This document shows positions 30,018-37,687 of a stretch of DNA of 64,000 bases, piece by piece. Numbering within the stretch: position 1 is the first letter of the stretch; every line of letters starts with the position of its first letter. The stretch comes from a virus. Taxonomy: Duplodnaviria > Caudoviricetes. The DNA is taken from the IMG/VR virus record IMGVR_UViG_3300021431_000096, positions 1-64,000 of that record, one strand, 5' to 3'. The notes beneath the pieces were generated by a model that was not told the DNA's origin, searched no databases, and was given only the letters and a program-made list of their open reading frames with translations. The position numbers and the translations under genes were made by a program.

Positions 30018-30596
30018 ATGATTGACATTAACATTTACGTGAATCAGGGCGTCGAGGCATTCGGCACGACCGGACGGACGCTCACCGTGAACGAACTGCC
30101 CAAGGAAGTCTCGCTCGACTTCGTGGCCGAGGAGCTGCACCACAAGATGCGCCATCTGGAGAAGGACGACATCACGATGGTGCTGTCGCGCTTCCTCGAC
30201 GTGGCGGCACGCATGATGGCCGAGGGATTCGGCATCCAGTACACCAACACCAAGGAGGCCGTGATGATGCGACTCTACACCGACGCCCGGCTCGACCTGC
30301 CGACGAAGAGCATCAACCTGCAGAAGGCGCAGGAGCTGATGCCCGACGTCGTTCACACCGAGCAGGACATGGTGGACCATGCCGTCGAACTCGTGGCGAT
30401 GGTCGGCGTCAGGCTGCGCCCCTACGTCGAGGTGAAGCAGAAGTTCCATGAACTGCTGGCCGACTACAAGCCGAAGTATCAGGTGAAAGATACCGTTGAG
30501 CGGGCCTACGTGGAGAAGAAGGACGGCTCGGGCTCCGGCTCCGACGATAACGGCGGCTCTGATGACAACAACGGCGGCGACTCGCTGGAAGGATAA
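30018..30596 (+). CDS. HU-like DNA-binding protein (divergent)
   Basis: VSLDFVAEEL......L...DI..VL..F.DVAA.MMAEGF.I; acidic Gly-rich tail ending SLEG, like 7732-8220. Confidence 0.55.
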   Translation: MIDINIYVNQGVEAFGTTGRTLTVNELPKEVSLDFVAEELHHKMRHLEKDDITMVLSRFLDVAARMMAEGFGIQYTNTKEAVMMRLYTDARLDLPTKSINLQKAQELMPDVVHTEQDMVDHAVELVAMVGVRLRPYVEVKQKFHELLADYKPKYQVKDTVERAYVEKKDGSGSGSDDNGGSDDNNGGDSLEG

Positions 30597-30721
30597 ACCA
30601 AAACACAGAGATACATAGACACAGAGATTAAAGAAAGAAAAGCTCTGTACCTCTGTACCTCTGTGTTGAAAAAAAGTAATCATAAAGCTCAAAGTTCAAA
30701 GTTCAAAGCTCAAAGTCCACT

Positions 30722-32239
30722 ATGGCAGTATCAGATGATTTCCGCAAGCAATGGCTCGAAATGGAGGAGCAGTACGGCAAGAACATCGAGCTGGGCGACA
30801 TCCAGAAGATGGAGGTCGGCCAGGTCGACGAGACCGTCTCCATGCCCGCCGTGAAGTTCACCGACCAGACGCTCACCGTCTTCCAGGAGTACCGTCACGT
30901 GCCGATGAACACGTTCATGAAGCCCATCACCGACAAGGTGGCCGAGGCCGAGACGCGAGTGACAAAACTGGAAAGCGACGTCAGCACCGCCGTCACCCAG
31001 GCCAATGCCGCCCGCGACAATGCCAACAACGCTGCCGGGCGCGTGGACACCAGTATTGCCAATGCCAATGCTGCCGCCGCCACCGCCAACGCCGCCGCGC
31101 AGAACGCCGACTCCTCCCGTCAGGCCATCGAGGCCAACGAATCGACGCGACAGACCAACGAATCGACGCGCCAGTCGCAGGAATCTACACGCCAGAGTCA
31201 GGAGGCCACACGTCAGGCTCAGGAATCGACGCGGCAGTCGCAGGAATCCACCCGTCAGAGTCAGGAGTCCGCCCGTGAGACTCGTGCCACCAGCGACCAC
31301 AACCGTGCCGAGACTGACCATACCACTGCCACCACGGATCACTCGACGGCTACCAGCGACCACAGCCGCGCCGAGACCGACCACACCGCCAGCGTCAGCG
31401 CCACCAGCGAGGCGTCGAACGTCAATGCGCAGCTGGAGGGCATGACCGTGACCATCACCAACCGCAGCGGCGTGCAGACGAGCGTGAACATCGGCTTCGA
31501 GATTTACCGCACCTACACGTCCGTCGCAGCCATGCAGGCCGACGCCGCCAACGTGCCGCAGGCCAAGTTCGTGATAATTGCCACCACCGATGCCACCGAC
31601 CCCGACAACGCGAAGCTCTACGCCAAGAACGCCGCAGGAGGCTTCACCTTCCTCAGCGACCTCGACCAGGCATCGAGCGCAGCCTTCGCCGACTGGCTGG
31701 AGAACTACAAGCCCGTCATCGAGGCCGACCACACGCAGGCAGGACTCGACCATCAGCAGGCTGTCAGCGACCACTCGACTGCTGCCAGCGACCATACGCA
31801 GGCCGGCACCGACCATGCCCGCGCCGAGAGCGACCACACCACGTCGCAGACCGCCTCCGGCTATGCCAACGAGCAGGGCGACTATGCCAAGAACATGGCC
31901 GACCACCCCGCCTACCTCGCCGACGGCACCGCCGCCCATCCAGGCGATGCTGGCTATCTCTACACGTGGGACTACGCCCGGCAGCAGTATGTGAAGGGCG
32001 CACGCATTTCGCTCGACTTCGATTCGATGACGCCCGAGCAGAAGGAAGAGTTGGCTGATGCCGTACTCGCCGCCATCGGATTCGACACCGTTCCGACGGA
32101 AAACTCCGACAAGGCCGTTACCAGCGGCGGGCTATATATCGCATTTCAGAATGTCAATACCGCTCTCGCCGGCAAACAGGACACGCTGACGTTTGCCACC
32201 GACGCAACCTGCGAGGCCATCATCGACGAACTCGTCTAA
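30722..32239 (+). CDS. Coiled-coil fibre-like structural protein
   Basis: Heptad repeats ESTRQSQ and xDHxxAx; DTVPTENSDKAVTSGG motif; C-terminal ATDATCEAIIDELV. Confidence 0.7.
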   Translation: MAVSDDFRKQWLEMEEQYGKNIELGDIQKMEVGQVDETVSMPAVKFTDQTLTVFQEYRHVPMNTFMKPITDKVAEAETRVTKLESDVSTAVTQANAARDNANNAAGRVDTSIANANAAAATANAAAQNADSSRQAIEANESTRQTNESTRQSQESTRQSQEATRQAQESTRQSQESTRQSQESARETRATSDHNRAETDHTTATTDHSTATSDHSRAETDHTASVSATSEASNVNAQLEGMTVTITNRSGVQTSVNIGFEIYRTYTSVAAMQADAANVPQAKFVIIATTDATDPDNAKLYAKNAAGGFTFLSDLDQASSAAFADWLENYKPVIEADHTQAGLDHQQAVSDHSTAASDHTQAGTDHARAESDHTTSQTASGYANEQGDYAKNMADHPAYLADGTAAHPGDAGYLYTWDYARQQYVKGARISLDFDSMTPEQKEELADAVLAAIGFDTVPTENSDKAVTSGGLYIAFQNVNTALAGKQDTLTFATDATCEAIIDELV

Positions 32240-32302
32240 CGTCGTTGTCCCATTTTCGCAGAAGCATTTTGTAACTTAGCATCAGCAAAAGTACAAAGGA
32301 AT

Positions 32303-33001
32303 ATGGTAACGACAATCAACATACCAGTGGTGCCGCCGGGGACGGATTTGAAGTTCCGCGTGACGGTGACAAAGGAAAACTTCGACCTGACACGCGACCC
32401 GTTCAACATCGTCATCAAGAACAGTTGGGGTCGCGTGGTGGCCCGCTTGCTGAAGAGTGACTGCTATCAGGACTCTGAGGGCCGCTGCTATTTCAATATA
32501 GATAATGTAAAGGAGGGCGAGTACATGGCCGTGTTCGTCGGTGCCTATGCCGATGCCGACTACGCCAAGCAGCATCGCATGTGGAACGACCGCCAGCCGC
32601 TCTACATCGGCAGCAACGACTGCGAGACCACGAAGCGGCACTGCTGCGACGGGCATCCCGTCGAGTATGAGCAGATATGGACGGTGAACGTCAGCGACGG
32701 CGAGTATCTGGCCGACAGCGACGGCAACTTTGTCTATACCTCCGACGGCCAGCGCATCTCGTTCAGCGACCGCTCGACTGCTGACGGTAAGGTGCGCCTC
32801 TCGATGACTGGCGACGAGTTTCTCAAGCTCATCGAGGGCCGCGAACCAAACAGCGAGGTGAACACCATTCCGGAGATGATGGACGTGATGCGCGGCATCA
32901 CTGACGACGAGACCATCCCGCAAAAGATTCAGCAGGAAATCGACGGGAGTCAGGAGGAGAATGAGGCGAGCGACGCCGACATCGACAGCATTTTCGACTA
33001 A
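32303..33001 (+). CDS. Structural protein with C-terminal ASDADIDSIFD motif
   Basis: GTDLKFRVTV...F N-terminus (Ig-like, inferred); preceded by a GTCCC promoter at 32247-32279. Confidence 0.65.
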   Translation: MVTTINIPVVPPGTDLKFRVTVTKENFDLTRDPFNIVIKNSWGRVVARLLKSDCYQDSEGRCYFNIDNVKEGEYMAVFVGAYADADYAKQHRMWNDRQPLYIGSNDCETTKRHCCDGHPVEYEQIWTVNVSDGEYLADSDGNFVYTSDGQRISFSDRSTADGKVRLSMTGDEFLKLIEGREPNSEVNTIPEMMDVMRGITDDETIPQKIQQEIDGSQEENEASDADIDSIFD

Positions 33002-33013
33002 AAAAATAACGAT

Positions 33014-33316
33014 ATGGCAACGACAGACAAATATCCAAGCTACCTGCCCGAGGACTTCAAGGGACTGGAGTCGATTCAGGAGGGCAACCAGCGGTACTAC
33101 TATAAGACGGTGGACGGGCAGAATCTGCTCATCGGCGCTATCGTCGGCAAGCGGCATTTGGTGATCCGCTTTCCCGAGGGTTCGACTATCGACGTGATTC
33201 CGAAGGACTCGGTCGGCACGGACGAGATCAAGGACGGCGGCGTGCATCAGGAGGATCTTGACCCAAACATCGAGGCCGCCGATGACGACATCGACAATAT
33301 TTTCAATAATCAATAA
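33014..33316 (+). CDS. Small structural protein with C-terminal ADDDIDNIF motif
   Basis: DSVGTDEIKDGGV fibre-type repeat. Confidence 0.65.
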   Translation: MATTDKYPSYLPEDFKGLESIQEGNQRYYYKTVDGQNLLIGAIVGKRHLVIRFPEGSTIDVIPKDSVGTDEIKDGGVHQEDLDPNIEAADDDIDNIFNNQ

Positions 33317-33322
33317 GGCGAT

Positions 33323-33622
33323 ATGAACAAGACAAAGGAATTGGAACTTTTCAAAATGTCCGACGGGTTCTGGGCAGGACACCAGACCGCAGACGGAAAA
33401 CGCATGAAGGCGGGCGCTCACAAAATCACCGCCGAGGAAATCATGACGATGTTCACCGAGTTCTTTCAGGACTACTGCAAGGAAACTGGCGAGTCGAAGC
33501 TGCTGATGCAGGACGGAAGCGGCAGACTGTTCGTCACGATGCGGGTGCCAGACAAGCAGGCAGAAAAGCCGAAGAAGTCCGCACAAAAGCCAGCACACAA
33601 GAAGCGCAAGGCTAAGAAATAG
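33323..33622 (+). CDS. Hypothetical protein with basic C-terminus
   Basis: GGCGAT-ATG start; internal ITAEEIMTMF motif. Confidence 0.65.
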   Translation: MNKTKELELFKMSDGFWAGHQTADGKRMKAGAHKITAEEIMTMFTEFFQDYCKETGESKLLMQDGSGRLFVTMRVPDKQAEKPKKSAQKPAHKKRKAKK

Positions 33623-33715
33623 CCCGCACACCAACCAACAATATCCAACACAAGATAGAATGAGACTAAATCTCAGCATAGTTCACTGATTTATTAACTA
33701 AAATTTGTTTGCATT

Positions 33716-34687
33716 ATGGCAATTACAAATCCAACCAAGTACGTTTCCGTACAAAGACTGAGCCGCTTCGAGGCTAAGCTCGCTCAGAAGTATCAGACAC
33801 AGGCCATCACCGCCATCACTGGTCTGAATGCAGAAACCGTAGAGGCCGCTCTGGCTGAGTTGCTCGGCAAGATCAACGCGCTCCCCAGCGCCATCATCCC
33901 CAAGGGCTCCAAGGCTTTCGCAAGCCTCGCTCCCTCGACCGACCTGGCTGCTGCCAACCTCGGCTTCATGTGGAACATCACGGACGCCTTCACCACCACA
34001 GCCGACTTCGCCGAGGGCGCTGGCCACAGCATCCCCGCTGGAGCCAACGTGTATGTGGCCAACGTAGGCACCGCCGCTGAGCCCGTCTACAAGTACGACA
34101 TCTTCGCCGGCATGTACGACCTCTCAGGCTACGCCCTGAAGAGCGAGATGTCTATCACCGACGGTGAGGGTGCCGACGCCGACAAGACCACTATCCAGCT
34201 GAAGAGCGGTCTGTCGAAGCAGGTGCTCATCGCCCACCAGGACATCAGCGGCAAGGCCGACAAGGTGGCTTCTGCTACCAGCGGCAACCTCGCCGGACTG
34301 GACGGCAACGGCAACCTGACCGACTCTGGCATCGCAGCTACTGACGTGGCTACTATCGACGCCGACGCCGTGGAGGGCAACATCGCCGAGTTCGACGCCA
34401 ACGGCAACCCCGTGGACAGCGGTCACGCACTCTCTGAGTACAAGACCAAGCAGACGGCTGTGGCTGATGCTGACGCCACCACCAGCGGCAACGACACGAC
34501 CTTCGTGGACAGCGTGACACAGGACACCAACGGCGAGATCTCCGTCCACAAGAAGACCGTTCCCAACGTGTCTGCCTCTACCTCTGGCGCAGGCGGCACC
34601 AACGGCCTGATGCTCGCCACCGACAAGGAGAAGCTCGACCTGCTGCTGGAGTGCTCCGACGACGACATCGACAGCATCTTCGCGTAA
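33716..34687 (+). CDS. Fibre-like structural protein
   Basis: HQDISGKADKV..ATSGNLAGLDGNGNLTDSG and GLMLATDKEKLD fibre repeats; N-terminal KYVSVQRLSRF..KL and C-terminal SDDDIDSIFA. Confidence 0.75.
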   Translation: MAITNPTKYVSVQRLSRFEAKLAQKYQTQAITAITGLNAETVEAALAELLGKINALPSAIIPKGSKAFASLAPSTDLAAANLGFMWNITDAFTTTADFAEGAGHSIPAGANVYVANVGTAAEPVYKYDIFAGMYDLSGYALKSEMSITDGEGADADKTTIQLKSGLSKQVLIAHQDISGKADKVASATSGNLAGLDGNGNLTDSGIAATDVATIDADAVEGNIAEFDANGNPVDSGHALSEYKTKQTAVADADATTSGNDTTFVDSVTQDTNGEISVHKKTVPNVSASTSGAGGTNGLMLATDKEKLDLLLECSDDDIDSIFA

Positions 34688-34699
34688 TCTCTCTATCCC

Positions 34700-34734
34700 A
34701 GGTCAGCAGGGTTCGACTCCCTGCTGGCTTGCCA
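34700..34734 (+). other. tRNA-minihelix-like hairpin (12-bp stem, UUCGACU loop, 3' GCCA)
   Basis: AGGTCAGCAGGG-TTCGACT-CCCTGCTGGCTT-GCCA. Confidence 0.5.
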
Positions 34735-34757
34735 AACATTTTAAAACATCAAGAGAT

Positions 34758-34895
34758 ATGGCACTAACAAACGAAACAAAGTACGTGACCGTGCGACGGC
34801 TCAATCGGTTCCGTAACAAACTGAGGGCAGAACTGCCGAGTACGACCGTTGCATCCGACGCCACCTGCGAGGCCATCGTCGACGAACTCGTCTGA
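34758..34895 (+). CDS. 45-aa putative adaptor peptide (absent from the ORF track)
   Basis: MALTNETKYVTVRRLNRFRNKLRAELPSTTVASDATCEAIVDELV; N-terminus resembles 33716, C-terminus is near-identical to that of 30722-32239. Confidence 0.8.
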   Translation: MALTNETKYVTVRRLNRFRNKLRAELPSTTVASDATCEAIVDELV

Positions 34896-34933
34896 CGCCG
34901 TGACATTTGTATAACCAATAAAAAGAAAAGAAT

Positions 34934-35839
34934 ATGGCAGATGAATTAGAGAACAACGGCCAGCAGGTGCAGGGCACCAGTGGCCATGAGAGCGAGACCG
35001 TCAGCGTCGGCGGCCTGAAAGCCTCGCTGCAGAAACTGAAGACCGACCACATCGACACGAAGTACACGAAGCCGTCAGGCGGCATTCCGTCCACGGATAT
35101 GACCTCGGCGGTGCAGTCGTCCCTTGGCAAGGCCGACGCCGCCAAGGCACTCCTCGACGACATCGTGCCCGCACAGGCGTCGGATCAGAACCAGCTTGCC
35201 GACAAGAGCTTTGTCAACTCGTCGGTTTCGACGGCAACGGCCACCCATCGCGGCACGTTCAACCTCGTCAGCGACCTCTCGCTGACCGTTTCGGCCACGC
35301 AGTCGCAGATTGCCACCGCACTCGGCACCGCCATCCAGACGGCAGACAACAACGACTACGCCTTCGTACAGGTGCCGACGGCCGACGACAATCCGACGGA
35401 GATTGCCCGCGTGGACCGCTACAAGCATAACGGCACGGCATGGGCGTTCGAGTACAGTCTGAACAACTCTGGCTACACCGCCGCGCAGTGGGCAGCCATC
35501 AACTCGGCCATCACCAGCGCGAAGGTGAGCGGATATGACTCGCACGTTGGCAACTCCGATATTCACGTGACCACGCAGAACAAGACGGCGTGGAACGCCA
35601 AGTACGACAAGCCCAGTGGCGGCATACCAAAGACAGACCTTTCCAGCGGCGTGCAGTCATCCCTGGATAAGGCCGACGCTGCCGCCCCGCAAAGCACCAC
35701 CTACTCGAAGACCGAGGTCGACCAGAAGTTCGACGAGTTCGCTGGTCCGACCTACGATCCCGCCACGCGGGCCATCATCTTCCCCGCCACGGCGAAGGTG
35801 TCATACGACGCCGCCAACCGCGCCGTCGTCTTCGGATAA
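34934..35839 (+). CDS. Fibre-like structural protein
   Basis: Two KY.KPSGGIP.TD....VQSSL.KADAA repeats; QASDQNQLADKSFVNSS and AAQWAAINS motifs. Confidence 0.75.
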   Translation: MADELENNGQQVQGTSGHESETVSVGGLKASLQKLKTDHIDTKYTKPSGGIPSTDMTSAVQSSLGKADAAKALLDDIVPAQASDQNQLADKSFVNSSVSTATATHRGTFNLVSDLSLTVSATQSQIATALGTAIQTADNNDYAFVQVPTADDNPTEIARVDRYKHNGTAWAFEYSLNNSGYTAAQWAAINSAITSAKVSGYDSHVGNSDIHVTTQNKTAWNAKYDKPSGGIPKTDLSSGVQSSLDKADAAAPQSTTYSKTEVDQKFDEFAGPTYDPATRAIIFPATAKVSYDAANRAVVFG

Positions 35840-35875
35840 GCAGTACAAGTATTCACTCATTAATTTATAAGCATT

Positions 35876-37285
35876 ATGGCACAGGAATTTGACATTTTGA
35901 AAATCGGAGGCGTTCCCATCAACGCCTGCGACGTCGTGGCACGCCAGCGCATCGACGAGCTGGCAGCAGCCAGCGGCGTGACCTACTTCGGCCGCGTGTG
36001 GAACCTCCAGAACTCCACGCCCGTGGCCGACCACTACATCGGCAACCTCGCCTTCGGACAGCAGCTGCCCGAATGGCTCGGACTGGGCTGCTACATCGTG
36101 AAGAACGACCACAGCCGTAAGAAGCTGATGGCCGACAACCATTATAAGTACGAGAACGGTGCTCCCGCCAAACTGGATGGTACAGAAGGCCATTACCAGT
36201 GGGGATGGGGCAAGAAGTTCTATATCGTGGTGAAACAGCAGGGCGACGAGCTGGCGCTGATTATTGCCAAGGGCAAGATTCCCGGCGAGGTGAACTACAC
36301 CATTCCCGTGGCCTCTGAGTCTGCGGCTGGATGGGCTACGATGGAACGCAGCACTGGTAAGCTGGTAAGCTACATCAATATGGGTGCCGACTACCGTGGT
36401 GGTAACAACGACAGCAGTCGTGACGGACAGTATAACACTATGCTCGGACGCCCTGCATCTTCTATGACTACCAACGCATTCCTGACTGCCGCCCGCCTGA
36501 ATGGCGACGGATGGCTGGGTGCAAGTATGCGCTTTGACTGCGTGAAGGCCATACTCTTCTACGTCATCTTCGGTAACCTGAACGTACAGGCCGCCTATAA
36601 TGCCAATAAGGACGCCAATGGACTGTATCAGGGCGGACTTGGTACTGGTCCTACCAATGCAGGCGGTTGGTGGGGAGCCAACTGGGACTATTATCCCGTG
36701 TTCCCACTGAGTGCAGGTATAGAGTTGGGCGACCGTTGTGGCGTGTTCAACTATGTAGTGAAGGACGGTGAGGACAATACGTTGCAGACCATGCAGGGTA
36801 CCTGTTTCTTCGGATTGAAGAACGGCATGGGCGGTATCATGTGGAAGATGATGACCGACGAGTTGCTGCAGTGTAATGAGGATAAGAGTCAGACGCACCT
36901 GATAGCCGAGAAGATTTGTAAGGTGGACGGCAATTACACCTACAGCATCGGCAACAGCGCTACGGGCTTTAAGGTTGGTGGTACCACACCTGCTTATGAG
37001 AGTGCTGCATGGAACAGTATCAGCCGCGTGCTCTTCAAGAATCTTGAGCTGCTGCCTATCGGTGTCGGTCAGACCAATCGCTTCAGCGATGATTATTACA
37101 ATCCTGCTATAACCTCCGGGTTCCGTCTTGTGCTCCGTTCCGGCTCTCTGGACCATGGTGGTCGGTGTGGCCTTTCGTTTGTCCTTGGTTACATTGGTGT
37201 CGGGAATGCCTATGCGTACGGCGGGTCGTCGCTCTGCGAAGTGACCGAGGAGTGGAGCGTGGACGGAGAGTACGTCGAGGTCTAA
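35876..37285 (+). CDS. DGR target protein (probable receptor-binding protein with C-terminal variable region)
   Basis: Carries the VR at 37114-37234; the G.R...R.G.......CG........G.......G..LC pattern fits C-type-lectin/FGE-like DGR targets. Confidence 0.9.
   Translation: MAQEFDILKIGGVPINACDVVARQRIDELAAASGVTYFGRVWNLQNSTPVADHYIGNLAFGQQLPEWLGLGCYIVKNDHSRKKLMADNHYKYENGAPAKLDGTEGHYQWGWGKKFYIVVKQQGDELALIIAKGKIPGEVNYTIPVASESAAGWATMERSTGKLVSYINMGADYRGGNNDSSRDGQYNTMLGRPASSMTTNAFLTAARLNGDGWLGASMRFDCVKAILFYVIFGNLNVQAAYNANKDANGLYQGGLGTGPTNAGGWWGANWDYYPVFPLSAGIELGDRCGVFNYVVKDGEDNTLQTMQGTCFFGLKNGMGGIMWKMMTDELLQCNEDKSQTHLIAEKICKVDGNYTYSIGNSATGFKVGGTTPAYESAAWNSISRVLFKNLELLPIGVGQTNRFSDDYYNPAITSGFRLVLRSGSLDHGGRCGLSFVLGYIGVGNAYAYGGSSLCEVTEEWSVDGEYVEV
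37114..37234 (+). repeat. DGR variable repeat (VR)
   Basis: 121-bp match to TR with 15 mismatches, all at TR adenines. Confidence 0.97.
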
Positions 37286-37342
37286 GGATTACGATGTGGT
37301 CAATGTGTTCAACAGGTGACAAAGGTTAACAAAAAGGGGGCA

Positions 37343-37372
37343 AGCACGCCCCGCCCCAAAGCGGGGCGTGCT
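37343..37372 (+). other. GC-rich perfect hairpin/cruciform between VR and TR
   Basis: AGCACGCCCCGC-CCCAAA-GCGGGGCGTGCT, extendable by AAGGGG/CCCCTT. Confidence 0.7.
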
Positions 37373-37411
37373 CCCCTTCGCTCTAAAAAACATGGTAGCT
37401 CTCGTTAAAGA

Positions 37412-37532
37412 CTCCGGGTTCCGTCTTGTGATCCGTTCCGGCAATCTGAACAATGGTGGTCAGTGTGGCCTTTCGATTGTCAATGGTAACAATGGTGTCG
37501 GGAATGCCAATGCGAACAACGGGTCGTCGCTC
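37412..37532 (+). ncRNA. DGR template repeat (TR)
   Basis: Ten AAY codons plus ATC, CAG and ATT in the VR frame (23 adenines); lies just upstream of the RT. Confidence 0.97.
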
Positions 37533-37687
37533 ATCTTTATTGGAATATTCAAAAATATACATTGGACGACGAGAGTGCCACGCCTCATGGCGGAAAATAA
37601 ACTGGGGGTGCAAGTGTTGGTAGGCTCACGCGGAAGGACCGTAACAGAGTGCGAAGACAGGAGCATCTAATGAATAAAGCAGAATAG

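Noticed and set aside
34690-34740. Full tRNA gene
   Set aside because: Only a T-loop hairpin with CCA is present, with no D or anticodon arm; reported as a minihelix-like element instead.
22372-35839. A second VR in other fibre genes
   Set aside because: I found no further match to the TR by eye; a BLAST of the TR against the whole genome would be needed to exclude remote targets.
37368-37670. 100-aa ORF between the target gene and the RT as an Avd/accessory protein
   Set aside because: It is the translation of the TR (Asn-rich copy of VR) plus spacer and shows no Avd-like helical pattern.
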